Shown piece after piece: positions 1 through 14,900 of a stretch of DNA of 64,000 bases. Source of the stretch: a virus (lineage: Duplodnaviria; Caudoviricetes); IMG/VR virus record IMGVR_UViG_3300001525_000584, positions 32,001-96,000 of that record; one strand, given 5' to 3'. The translations under genes and the position numbers were made by a program. The notes under the pieces were generated by a model. It saw only the letters and a program-made list of their open reading frames with translations. It searched no databases and was not told where the DNA came from. Position 1 is the first letter of the stretch. Each line of letters begins with the position of its first letter.

Positions 1-411
1 AAAGTTAGAGAATGGTCTGAAGATTTTGTTGATGCTAAAAGAATCACTTTACCTCGTTCTGGTAACATTATAGAATTAAAGCCTCAGACACCCAGAGATT
101 TAGACACTATAGAGTATAAAGCAAAAGAACTGGCAAATAAAGCAAAAACAGGTTTATCTTATAAATTCTTATTTACAGTCATGGCAAATATTAAAACTGT
201 AGATGGACGAGTTTTAAATAGTGTGCAATTGGAAAACTATGTCAGAGAGTTGCCATTAAGGGACGCGAACTTTATTTTAAATAAAGCAAACGATTTATCA
301 GAGAGGGTAGGGCTAGACACAAATATTCGCGTTATGTGTCCTAAGTGTGGTTACGAACTCGTCACACCGTTTCGCATCACATCTGAATTTTTTGGACCCA
401 CAAACTACTAA
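1..411 (+). CDS. 5'-truncated baseplate hub / tail assembly chaperone (T4 gp26-like) with CxxC
   Basis: Frame 1 is open from base 1; C-terminal CPKCG ... FF; lies directly upstream of the tape measure gene. Confidence 0.6.
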   Translation, partial: KVREWSEDFVDAKRITLPRSGNIIELKPQTPRDLDTIEYKAKELANKAKTGLSYKFLFTVMANIKTVDGRVLNSVQLENYVRELPLRDANFILNKANDLSERVGLDTNIRVMCPKCGYELVTPFRITSEFFGPTNY

Positions 412-628
412 TACAGGCGAACCATATGGCCCCATTAGATACGAAGAGCTGGTAAAAGAGTGTTATATAATTAGTAAAAATTTACATACATCTTATGCTG
501 ATGTTTTGTGCATGACCCCTATAGAACGCGGATTTATTATATCTTTTATGCGCGAAGAGATCGAACAACAAAAAGCAGAGATGGAACGTAGAAAAGCTGA
601 ACGAGAAGCTAACCGAGCGAATAGGTAA
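347..628 (+). CDS. Small tail assembly chaperone (gpGT-like second ORF), possibly made by frameshift
   Basis: Overlaps the previous ORF in the +1 frame; no ATG until 512; helical 'YADVLCMTPIER' segment typical of the small ORF before a tape measure gene. Confidence 0.55.
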   Translation: MVTNSSHRFASHLNFLDPQTTNTGEPYGPIRYEELVKECYIISKNLHTSYADVLCMTPIERGFIISFMREEIEQQKAEMERRKAEREANRANR

Positions 629-642
629 AAAGGAGTTGACTA

Positions 643-3012
643 ATGCCAGAAAAACCAACAGATAATGAAGAGGCTAAAGTACAAGACCTTATAGATAACA
701 TGGGTAAATATCTGCAGCAAACTCTGAATAGTGTTTTCAAAAGTGCGGGTAAAGAGTTTAAAAAGCAGATGAAGGAGGCTTCGGACGCAGCTGGAGAATC
801 TTTTAAAGAGCAGGTATCAGGCGTAACAAAAGATGCAGCAAAAGCCATAGAAGAAGCTGCAGATAAGCTCGATAAACTAAATCAAAAAAATAAAGACAAA
901 GATAAAGATAAGGATAAGAAGGATAAAGACTGGCAAAAGGCTGCTAAGGACAGAGGCTTATCCGGTAAAGAATCCGAGGCGTGGATATCTAAGCAACAGG
1001 AAAAAGATCAAAAGCAGCAAGAAAAAGCTGAACGAGAAGCTCTAAAAGACATTTATAATATAGGTACGCCTCAGGAGAAAAGAGAACAACGTAAAGCAGA
1101 AGCTAAAGAAGCTAAGCAGGCGGCACAGGACGACGCAGCTATTGCGGCGGCACGCAAATCTGCGGCGGCAGATGAAAACGTGGCTGAAAAGAAAAAGAAG
1201 CTGGCGGAGCAAGAAGCTTCCGGTAGTGATGAAGATATAAAGAGTGCAAAAAAAGATCTTAAAGACGCCGAGAGCGCTGCGGCAAAAGCAAAGTTCCAAG
1301 AGAGCTTAGTAGGAGCACTTAACAACGTACAAAATAAGCTCGATGACATGGGCGATAAAATGGTTGCTGCTATAAATGATGGCATCAACCAGTCTATTAA
1401 AAATTATTCTGATTATCAGGGTAAAATAGAAGCCCGGTTGCAAGGTGTTACAAGCATTCAAACAAAAGCCCTTAGTATGCAAACAACACAGTTTGGCAAA
1501 TTAACAGAAAATTTATCGGAGATAGCTTATTCACCGCTGCTGAGTGCTTCTGATCTATATACTAATTTAATGACATTAATAGATGAAGGTGTTGCTTCTA
1601 ATTTGGAGCAAAAAGCCCTTTTAATGACTATGCGCGATGATATTATATCTACTTTTGATGTAGATTCTCCGGTCATTCGAAAACTTATTCGAGTGCAACA
1701 AACTGATTCTACTGCCATTCGAATGGGTATGGAAAGCTATTTGAACAGATTTTTAAATGAGTTTGTATCCAGTACTGAATATTTAACATCTACTTTTGAC
1801 AGCGTTGCATCCAGTTTATATGAAGCCAGTGCTTTGATGAGTGCTGACAGAGCTGCAGAATTTGAATATATAGTTCAAAAATGGCTGGGTACTTTAACAG
1901 GCGTAGGCCTAAATGAAGATACGGCACAGGCTATAGCAAAAGCTATTGGTGAATTAGGTTCTGGTGATATTAATAACATAGGCACTAGCGGCATAAATAA
2001 TTTATTAGTCATGGCTGCAGCAAATTCAGGATTATCTTATGCAGATCTCTTATCAAAAGGTTTAACAGCTCAGGATACTAATACTTTATTAGCCAGCTTA
2101 ACTACTTATTTAAAAAATCTAGGTACACAAACAAAAAGTAACAACGTCGCGAGAAGTCAACTGGCACAAACTTTTGGATTAAAGGTCAGTGATTTAACAG
2201 CTGCAAACAACTTATCTGTAACTGAGATAGAAAATGTTTCTAAAGAGATGATGAGTTATGCCGACATGTATCAGGAACTACAGTATCAGTTTAATCAGAT
2301 CACGACTATGTCTGGTCGTACAAATGTTGGTAAATTAGTTAATAATGCTCTAAAGAATTATATTTATCAAACAGGCCAGTCTATAGCAGCTAATCCTGTA
2401 TGGAACACTATGTGGCAAATAACTGATTTAGTACAAAATGTTACAGGCGGTATAAATATACCCTTCGTTACAGCTTTAGGTACTGGTGTAGATTTAAATA
2501 CAACTGTTGAAAATCTAATGAAGCTGGGCATAGTAGGTGTAAATACCATAGGACAAATAGGTGGTATTATTAATTCATTATCTTCTGTTGTCCGTGGCGA
2601 TACTTTATTAAAAGCTGTAACGTCAGAAAATTCTGCGCTCACGCATCTTAGTAGAGGTACAGGTTTAGGAGAACATACTCCTGGTGGATCACCCAGAAGA
2701 CCTAGTGGTGAAGGAACGTCTGCTTCAGACTTTGTAGGCAACCAGGAGGGTACTGACTATGCAGACAGTGCTGTGAAAAAGGCGCAGGACGCATCAAAGA
2801 ATGATGTAGAGAATGCTAAGACAGAAAATAAATCCGAAGATGAAACAGCACAGTATCTAAAAGAGATGCAATTTGCAAATCAAATGACTGCCATAAAAGA
2901 GGATGTGCACGATATAATTAAAAAAGGCATATCAGTAAACAACTTCGATTATCTAAGAGATAAGAACATTATCTCAGGTAGCTTGCAGGGCTTCTTTGTG
3001 TCGGGCGAATAA
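643..3012 (+). CDS. Tail tape measure protein
   Basis: 789 aa, A/K/Q/E-rich coiled coil; AGGAG RBS; follows the chaperone pair and precedes baseplate genes. Confidence 0.7.
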   Translation: MPEKPTDNEEAKVQDLIDNMGKYLQQTLNSVFKSAGKEFKKQMKEASDAAGESFKEQVSGVTKDAAKAIEEAADKLDKLNQKNKDKDKDKDKKDKDWQKAAKDRGLSGKESEAWISKQQEKDQKQQEKAEREALKDIYNIGTPQEKREQRKAEAKEAKQAAQDDAAIAAARKSAAADENVAEKKKKLAEQEASGSDEDIKSAKKDLKDAESAAAKAKFQESLVGALNNVQNKLDDMGDKMVAAINDGINQSIKNYSDYQGKIEARLQGVTSIQTKALSMQTTQFGKLTENLSEIAYSPLLSASDLYTNLMTLIDEGVASNLEQKALLMTMRDDIISTFDVDSPVIRKLIRVQQTDSTAIRMGMESYLNRFLNEFVSSTEYLTSTFDSVASSLYEASALMSADRAAEFEYIVQKWLGTLTGVGLNEDTAQAIAKAIGELGSGDINNIGTSGINNLLVMAAANSGLSYADLLSKGLTAQDTNTLLASLTTYLKNLGTQTKSNNVARSQLAQTFGLKVSDLTAANNLSVTEIENVSKEMMSYADMYQELQYQFNQITTMSGRTNVGKLVNNALKNYIYQTGQSIAANPVWNTMWQITDLVQNVTGGINIPFVTALGTGVDLNTTVENLMKLGIVGVNTIGQIGGIINSLSSVVRGDTLLKAVTSENSALTHLSRGTGLGEHTPGGSPRRPSGEGTSASDFVGNQEGTDYADSAVKKAQDASKNDVENAKTENKSEDETAQYLKEMQFANQMTAIKEDVHDIIKKGISVNNFDYLRDKNIISGSLQGFFVSGE

Positions 3013-3024
3013 GGGGAGTTTTAT

Positions 3025-4158
3025 ATGATTAAACTAAATGATAATAACATAATGGTTGGGCAAATTAAACAAATTCTAAAAGATTTTAATTTGCCCAACT
3101 GCCCTGTAGTTTCTTCTACTTATACAGGTAACTCCCCTGTATATATAAAAAATAGAAGCTTATATAGAACTTCTAATAATCAGTTTATTCAACCCTATTT
3201 ATATAATGATAAACTATCTAATTTGACTACTAATCTCAGAATAGATAATAATTTATACGATATCTATACACATAGATATTTAGGGCATTATTTAAGGTTT
3301 TTAAAAGATTATGATGGCATGGATCTAATGAGCATGTATAATTGCTGTGATTATGAATCTGTTAACACCACGTTTTCTTATTCAAAAACATTTTTGAATT
3401 TTAATTCTTCAGAAGCTTTTATTTGTTATGCAGTGCCTATTATGCACACAGGATATACTCTTAAAGTAGACACGCGGTTGCCTATAGAACTTTGCGTATC
3501 TTCTATAGAAGAATCAGATAATCAAAGAGATAAAGTAGCCGCAGAAACACATGCTTTTATATCTGCTTCTCATAGATATTATTTAAACGTTCCTGAATTA
3601 GCTCCTAAAAAGCTTATCAGCGCTTTGCATAATTATGAAAAAAATCTAACCCTATTTATAAAAATACCTGCATCTTATCAGGGCAGCCTTGTTATATTAG
3701 AAGGTGATTATACTCAGGAGTATGCCACAAATAATAGTGGAAAACAAATAGAGGCTTTTATATATAAAGATAACCCAGGGAATAAAAATTTAAAAATGTC
3801 GGGCTTCTCTATTCAACCTCAACTTTTATGTTTCTATAATAATGATAAATATTTATTAGCGGATCGGTTAATTCAGTATTTAACTGGAAACGTCATAACA
3901 CCAAACAGTGAGCCTTATGACATAAAGAAACTTCAGGACTTCATGTTCGATGCACATGTAGGTAAAACATATGGGGGTGTCTGGCATCCGGATAATCTGG
4001 CACTTCTTCGTAAATTCATAATAGATAATAAATTTACTTCAAAAGCTGCTAATCTTTTAAATGCTCCTGATATATTAGGTTATGGCGATTCAGATGTAGA
4101 AGCTAGTTTAGAGATTTTATATCCTGTAGAAGGAGGTTTAGATGAGCGTTACATTTAA
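3025..4158 (+). CDS. Hypothetical tail/baseplate protein
   Basis: 377 aa ORF with GGGGAG RBS inside the tail operon. Confidence 0.5.
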   Translation: MIKLNDNNIMVGQIKQILKDFNLPNCPVVSSTYTGNSPVYIKNRSLYRTSNNQFIQPYLYNDKLSNLTTNLRIDNNLYDIYTHRYLGHYLRFLKDYDGMDLMSMYNCCDYESVNTTFSYSKTFLNFNSSEAFICYAVPIMHTGYTLKVDTRLPIELCVSSIEESDNQRDKVAAETHAFISASHRYYLNVPELAPKKLISALHNYEKNLTLFIKIPASYQGSLVILEGDYTQEYATNNSGKQIEAFIYKDNPGNKNLKMSGFSIQPQLLCFYNNDKYLLADRLIQYLTGNVITPNSEPYDIKKLQDFMFDAHVGKTYGGVWHPDNLALLRKFIIDNKFTSKAANLLNAPDILGYGDSDVEASLEILYPVEGGLDERYI

Positions 4159-4774
4159 ATTAAAAATACCCGACTGTTATCTATATTTATATCACACAGA
4201 TGAGTATTTTATTTTGCCGCAGTATCCCGAAAGCTTATCAGATTCTATGCAGGCTAATTTTGTAGCTCAAAACGCTTTAGGACGTACTGCTCCTGTGCAG
4301 AGCTATTCAAACTCCGGACCGCGTACTATGCAAATCAATTTACAGCTGCAACGGGATATCATGAACGATTTAAATTTAAAGGGCAGTAACGTTAAAGTCA
4401 GATATAAACAAACTGATGACATGGGTGAACAACGTATCATCACAAACCCGGGAGATGACTACGTGGATGTATTAATCAAAAAGTTACAGGCTATAGTGTT
4501 ACCTCGATATGTTGCGGACTCTAAAGAATTAATCCCCCCACGTATAGCCCTTAGATTTGGCAACGAGCTTTTTATAAAAGGTGTTGTTACAGGTGCTGTT
4601 GGTGTCAGATATAAGCTACCTCTAATACAAACTAAAGACGGATATTTAAAATATTCAGATGTTTCTATAGATTTTCCCATCACTGAAACGCAGCCCTACG
4701 ATGCAGAAAGCGTAGGAGCACTAGGCAGCTTTAGAGGATTAACTTCAGGATTAAAATCTAAAATGGGCTTATAA
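4142..4774 (+). CDS. Tail tube initiator / baseplate hub-associated protein
   Basis: PESLSDS...LGRTAPVQSYSNSGPR...PPRIALRFG pattern of contractile-tail tube-initiator proteins. Confidence 0.6.
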   Translation: MSVTFKLKIPDCYLYLYHTDEYFILPQYPESLSDSMQANFVAQNALGRTAPVQSYSNSGPRTMQINLQLQRDIMNDLNLKGSNVKVRYKQTDDMGEQRIITNPGDDYVDVLIKKLQAIVLPRYVADSKELIPPRIALRFGNELFIKGVVTGAVGVRYKLPLIQTKDGYLKYSDVSIDFPITETQPYDAESVGALGSFRGLTSGLKSKMGL

Positions 4775-4789
4775 AGAGGAGATGTAAAA

Positions 4790-5110
4790 ATGGATGTATT
4801 AACCAGTACTCAAAGCAAAACCTATGATTATATCTCGCGCTATACCCGCTTTAAAATCGCTTATAACACGCTCGACGGTAAATATGTATATGAATTAACA
4901 AGCCAGATTAAAAACGATTTACAGTGCGTTATACACAACGTAAAACCTACAGATGACTTAGACTTCTTAGCAAATAAATATTATGGTCGCCCTGACTACT
5001 ACTGGATCATAGCAGATTATAACAGAATTCAGGACCCTTTTATAAGACTATTTGATAAATATACTACTTTAAAAATACCTTCTATAACTGAGATCGAATA
5101 TGAGAGGTAA
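4790..5110 (+). CDS. Baseplate wedge LysM-like protein (gp53/gpX-like)
   Basis: DDLDFLANKYYGRPDYYWIIADYN LysM-like motif. Confidence 0.75.
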   Translation: MDVLTSTQSKTYDYISRYTRFKIAYNTLDGKYVYELTSQIKNDLQCVIHNVKPTDDLDFLANKYYGRPDYYWIIADYNRIQDPFIRLFDKYTTLKIPSITEIEYER

Positions 5111-5113
5111 CTT

Positions 5114-6337
5114 ATGGCTGAGATCAGAAACAATTTAATTAGTTCAACCAGCCTCGTTCAGGTGCCTCAGGTTATAGTAAAAATAGGTGATTATGAATTT
5201 GGTTCTTATACAAAAATAAATAATCACGCACAGTATCCTAATTATGTACAGAATTTATCTGTAGTAAAAATAAATGGGCAAATAAATAAATACACATTAA
5301 ATATAAGTTATTTAATGACTGAGTATAATGATCCTAATTATTTTGAAGCTGTGTTTTCCAGTGTCAGTTCTACACGTAAAATAGAATTTACTTATGGCGA
5401 CTGCGCTCAGAAAAATTTTATGTATAAAAATGAAGAAGCCATTATAACAGGTGTCTCTTCAAACTTTTCTGCAGACGGTGCCAAAATAGATTATATAGTA
5501 TCAGCCGTTAGTGTGGGATCTTTAGCTGCTTCAGGCGTATATAATTTTCCCGCACGTTTTGCAAAGCCTAGTGATGTGCTATATGATTTAATAAAAGATA
5601 ATGGGCGCTATGGACTTCAGGATCTTTTTACAGGCATGCGCAGTATAAATTTATGCAAACAAAAAAATTTAATACCTACAGATGACATGGCTGTGCAATT
5701 AGAAGGAAAAACAAATACTTCTATTTTAGATTATATTCAGTATTTAGTAGATAACATGTCTTCGAGTGTTCCTAAAGAAGGCGTTGCAAAAGATATATTC
5801 TATGTTATTAAATACGTGGATGATACTACAGATGTTTTCCAGGGATCTTATTTTCAGGTGGTAAAAGTGGATGCTAATATAAAGCATCCTGAAGCTTATC
5901 AAATAGATTATGGATATCCCGGCAACAACTTAATCAGAGATTTAAGAATAGAGAAGAGTGAAAACTATTCTATTTACTATGATTATCAGAAAAAGTTACA
6001 TCCTTTAGAATATGTCAGCAGAATAAATGATGTAGGTGAATATGAAGAAGTTTATGCACCTATTTTATCTAGCGGTAATGATAGGTATTATACACGCGAT
6101 GTGGATCGAACCTGGTGGAGTAAAGTCAGTCAATTCCCATTAAAAGCTTCTGTAACAGTTAAAGGATTATTAAGACCTGCACTGCTTATGAGTTATTTGA
6201 GACTGAATATAGTATTCTTTGGTAAAAAGCATATTTATTCAGGTTTATATATTATCACGAAACAACAGGATACGATAAGTGATTCAGGCTTTTCAACTTC
6301 TTTAGATATGGTTAAAATAGCGGAGGACGACGAATGA
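5114..6337 (+). CDS. Baseplate hub protein (gp27/gpD-like)
   Basis: C-terminal 'SGLYIITKQQDTISDSGFSTSLDMVK' typical of hub proteins; synteny. Confidence 0.6.
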   Translation: MAEIRNNLISSTSLVQVPQVIVKIGDYEFGSYTKINNHAQYPNYVQNLSVVKINGQINKYTLNISYLMTEYNDPNYFEAVFSSVSSTRKIEFTYGDCAQKNFMYKNEEAIITGVSSNFSADGAKIDYIVSAVSVGSLAASGVYNFPARFAKPSDVLYDLIKDNGRYGLQDLFTGMRSINLCKQKNLIPTDDMAVQLEGKTNTSILDYIQYLVDNMSSSVPKEGVAKDIFYVIKYVDDTTDVFQGSYFQVVKVDANIKHPEAYQIDYGYPGNNLIRDLRIEKSENYSIYYDYQKKLHPLEYVSRINDVGEYEEVYAPILSSGNDRYYTRDVDRTWWSKVSQFPLKASVTVKGLLRPALLMSYLRLNIVFFGKKHIYSGLYIITKQQDTISDSGFSTSLDMVKIAEDDE

Positions 6338-6768
6338 TCACTACAGCGCAAATAACTGCTATAAATCAGACTAAAGGCAACTTTGTAAATAATGCTTATG
6401 AGATCGAATTATCCTTTTTGAATCAGCCTGGGGATTCACGAGAAGATATAATACGAAAAAGAATTTTAGCTACAGCGTGTGTCCCTGGAGATTTTTATAA
6501 TACTTATGAAGTAGGCGACACTGTTTATGTAGGGTTTCTACACAATGTCATTAATAGGCCGGTTATTTTAGGAAAAATATATAAAGGCTTAAATGAAAAT
6601 TATAGTGGATCTATTCATATAAAAGATTTATCTGTTGAGAATTCAGTACAGTTGCCTACAAATACAACTTTAGGAACTGTACCATTAGAAACTTTTTTAG
6701 CAGCTTTAGAAACTATTAAAGATCTACAGGATCGTGTTACAGCTTTAGAAGAAGCAAATAAAAAATGA
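6334..6768 (+). CDS. Baseplate spike (gpV/gp5 OB-fold-like)
   Basis: 'VGDTVYVGF...RPVILG' OB-fold motif; follows the hub gene. Confidence 0.6.
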   Translation: MITTAQITAINQTKGNFVNNAYEIELSFLNQPGDSREDIIRKRILATACVPGDFYNTYEVGDTVYVGFLHNVINRPVILGKIYKGLNENYSGSIHIKDLSVENSVQLPTNTTLGTVPLETFLAALETIKDLQDRVTALEEANKK

Positions 6769-6857
6769 ATTAATAGCAGCGGTCAGATATCTAAGGGGTA
6801 AAAAATCGCTGCTAAATTTAATATAATTCGAAAAAAGATAAAGGGGAAAAGTTATAG

Positions 6858-11033
<4,176 letters not shown>

Positions 11034-11078
11034 AAATGTATATTATATAAATCTCTAAAAATTCGAAAGGAAACTTTT

Positions 11079-11465
11079 ATGATTAGACTCATAGATGCAG
11101 TTAATTTTAACGAGTTTTATAAAGCCATTAAAGATCAAAAGATGTCAGGGCTCTTAGCCTATAAGCTAGCAAAGCTCGTGTCGGTTTCTTTAGTCCCTGA
11201 ACAAAAAATTTATACAGATCGATTAAGAGAAACTGTTTTAGCAAAGGCAGAACTAGATGAAAAGGGGCAGCCAAAAGCAGCACAAAACGTTTTCGGTGTT
11301 CAAATTAAATCCGGCGAAGAAGTTACCCTTATGCAGGAGATTTTAGATCTACAAAATGTAGAGATCGATGTAAAACCTGTATTTACCATGGATGAACTTA
11401 GTGCATTAATGGCAACTCCAGAACAGTTCCAGACGGCTTTACCATTTATTATCGAAGAAGAATAA
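11079..11465 (+). CDS. Putative tail fibre chaperone / hypothetical protein
   Basis: 128 aa directly after the fibre gene; 'LAYKLAK' motif resembles small proteins that follow Firmicute phage fibres. Confidence 0.45.
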   Translation: MIRLIDAVNFNEFYKAIKDQKMSGLLAYKLAKLVSVSLVPEQKIYTDRLRETVLAKAELDEKGQPKAAQNVFGVQIKSGEEVTLMQEILDLQNVEIDVKPVFTMDELSALMATPEQFQTALPFIIEEE

Positions 11466-11474
11466 AATACAAAG

Positions 11475-11503
11475 AAGAGGATCTTTAAATGGATCCTCTT
11501 TTT
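11475..11503 (+). terminator. Rho-independent terminator
   Basis: aagaggatc-loop-gatcctctt followed by a T run. Confidence 0.75.
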
Positions 11504-11572
11504 ATAACCCTTTATAAAGCTGTATAAATTTTTGTGCTAAATTTGATAATTAATACAGGGAGGTTACTATGC

Positions 11573-11941
11573 ATGAACTGCTTAGCCTGGCCCAAAATAT
11601 TTAAAGGAAACGCCACAACTATATTAACAGATAAAGAAGCGAGTAAAAAGTGTTTGCATCTTTTACTTTTATCTGAAGCGCGAGAGTTTTTTGGCGATCC
11701 CGATTTTGGGATAAAATTAAAAAAATATACCTTTGACCAAAATAACTATATTTTAAAAGATATTTTAATAGATGAACTATATACTAAAATAAGAACTTTT
11801 TGTCCGCAAATTTATTTAGAGCGAAAAAATGTTGTTATAAATCAGGACGGAAACAAAATAGTAGCAACTATTAACTGCATTAATAGATACGATTTTACAG
11901 TGAATAGTTATGACTTAGTTTTGTTTGAGCAGGAGGATTAA
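11573..11941 (+). CDS. Baseplate wedge protein gp25-like
   Basis: 'REFFGDPDFGIKL' GPW/gp25 motif; start moved to ATG 11573 behind a GGGAGG RBS. Confidence 0.75.
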   Translation: MNCLAWPKIFKGNATTILTDKEASKKCLHLLLLSEAREFFGDPDFGIKLKKYTFDQNNYILKDILIDELYTKIRTFCPQIYLERKNVVINQDGNKIVATINCINRYDFTVNSYDLVLFEQED

Positions 11942-11945
11942 ATAA

Positions 11946-14900
11946 GTGGCTGTAACTGAACGCGATTTAACCATAAGTAACATAAGTTATACTAATAAAG
12001 ATTTTGGAACTATTTACCCAGAATTATTAGATATAGCAAAAAAGTTAAGTTATAAATTTGATCCAACTTCTTCAAACGAGAGCGACCCTTTTATTCTCTT
12101 ATTAAAGTTGCTAGCTTTTATGGGGGATAAAATTAACTATAATGTAGATAAGAATGTATTAGAGCGTTTTGCATCTAGCCTGACTCAGGAAACTTCTATG
12201 AAGGATTTAACCGATCGATTAGGTTATCATATGCATTATTATAAAACAGCCATCGCAGAAGTTGTTTTTAAATGCAACAAAACTTTATCTGCATCTATAT
12301 CCATCCCGGCCTTTTCTGTATTAAAAGATTCTACAGGCACTGTTCAGTTTGTTACCGTTAGTGCAGCGGAGATTAATAAAAATACACAAATAAGTGCACC
12401 TGTTGAAGCTTATCAGGGCGAATTGAAAACAGTAAATGTTTTAGGCGAAGAAGTTCTTAATGAATGGAACTTAGACGAAAATAACAGAATTTATTTTCCT
12501 GAAGCCTTTGTTGCAGAAAATGGTGTATTTATTTGTACATCTCAGGGTACCTATTTGGATAATGAATGGCGAGCTGTTCCTTATATAAACTCCGAAGTGG
12601 TTTATGGCGATAAAGTATACTGCTTTGGATATGATTCTGAACAGGTCAGACCTTATATTCAGTTCCCAGAATGGTTTGCAAATATAGTAGGAGATGGTAT
12701 TATTATCCGATATCTCGTCACTAAAGGAGAAGAAGGTAATGTATCTGCAAAAAGCATCACTACTATTAGTACTTTATCTCAGGAGGAGTTACCTGAAGAT
12801 ATAGAGATAAATGATATAGTAGTTCAAAATAATTCTGCCGCGGTGTCTGGTACATCTCCTGAAACTATAGATGAAGCATATGAAGGACTAAAAAGAACTT
12901 TAGGAACTTTTAATACTTTAGTAACGTGTCGAGATTATGCGAATGCTATTTATGAAGCTTTAAAATATGAAGATGATCAACCCTATGTTTCTAATGTGCA
13001 AGTAGGTGATCGAAGAAACGATATTAATTATAGTTGTCCTGTTATGACCTATGATGTAAATGGCGCAAAAACAGTTAGTGTTACAAATAAAGAAAATGTA
13101 ACACCTTATGATTTATGTTTATATCCTTTTACACCAAACACAGTATCCAGTGTTTCTTCAGAGATAATTTCGAGTTATGAAAAGACTTTTACAGGCCTGG
13201 CAAACATAGATACCATTAAAACTCTTTTAGAAGATGATACCAGAGATTTTAAAAAGAGTTTATCTCATGATTATAAAACTTTTAAACAGAATGATATTTT
13301 TGCTATTAAAAACTACTATAAGTTAACAGGCATCATATCTACAGTAAATAAAGTAAATAAATTAGAGCAAATAGAAATATTAGAAAAAATTAAATTAGCT
13401 TTAGCAAAAAAATATTCTGCGCGTGATGTAGATTTTGGTTATGAGATCCCCTACGATGAATTAGTAAAAACCATGACCGAAGCAGATGCACGAATCAAAT
13501 TAGTGACTTTATATGAACCCGAGTTAACACCTAAAGCTTATCTAGTAGATTATTCTGATGGTAACGTCACTCATTATGCTGAAACAGAATTAGAAGCACA
13601 TACAGATGCGAATGATAATGACTGGTTTAAATTTATAGTTGCAAAGAATATTTTATCAGGGCGTATCGAAGCCTTTACTTATGAAAAGACTTTTGAATAT
13701 GCCTACGATGAAAAGCTTATATCAGGACAAACAACCTGTTTACCCTGTGGTGAATTAGAAAAAATAGGTTCTTTTACTTCTGAAGCAAATATCACAGTTC
13801 CTGCAGGAGAAGAGGGATATACATTAAAGCAAAATGAAGTTATAGAGTTCACTGCAGATAACTATTTAACCACAAAAACATATCCTTATGGTATTAACTA
13901 TTATTTAAAATTAGCTTCAGGCGCTTCTTATATACCTAAAAATGCAGAGTATACTATAGCCGAGGGTGATGAAGTTACTTTTATCTACACAGATTCTGAA
14001 GACATCGCCAGAGCAGATATTTTAAGCGCAGGCACCATTATAAAACCTAATTTTGATTTTTATACTACAACTTATCGTACAGGTTCTCATGGTGAATATA
14101 CTTACGGCGAAACACCTAGAACAAAAGTTGTAAATGGTAAATCTTATGCATGTTTTCTTTTAGAAGCGTCGCAAGAAGTTCAAATTCGTGAATTAGCCGC
14201 ACAAACATTTACAGAAGGTCGAAGAGTTTACTGGCAGTTAAATGATGCCGATAATGTTATGTATTTTGATGCTAATGGTGAATATATATTAAAATCCGGC
14301 GAACAGTTATTTATCAGCGATAACCAGTTTATTAATTTATTAGCTTTTGGTTCGGGAACAAAATTAAAAGCAACTTTTAAGACTGATGAAGATAAAGTAT
14401 GGGCACCAAAATCTGATTATAGAAGAGTTACGGATATAGCAGCACTTTATACAGACGGATTAGCAGCTATGGCACCATATTTTGTATATAAAGATTTTTC
14501 TTCTACTAATCCCTTTACTGCAACAGAACAGTCTATTATAACATTATGTGAAGGCGATAAAATTATTAGTGATAAAAAAGTAACATTAAATAATAATGCC
14601 TTCACAGAAACAACTGCTCAGTTTTCTTATAAGTTAGCTAGCCAGGATAAAGCAGTTATGTTACCTGAGCGAAAAGGTGAAGAGCATCCATGGCGCGGTA
14701 GAGCAATTTTAGATATCTCCGCAGGACCTGATACCTGGCAAACTTTAACAGGTAACCAAAAGATCACTTTTAATAAAGTAAAGTGGGTCATCAAAGGAAC
14801 GCAAAGTAGTTGGCAGCCTGTAACAGATGGTTCTATAAGCATCGCAGCAAGTGATTCAGCCCAAAATTCTTTTAAGTTTGATAATTTAACTCAAAAAGAA

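Noticed and set aside
880-930. gataaa-type tandem repeat
   Set aside because: Simply encodes a low-complexity (KD)n stretch of the tape measure protein
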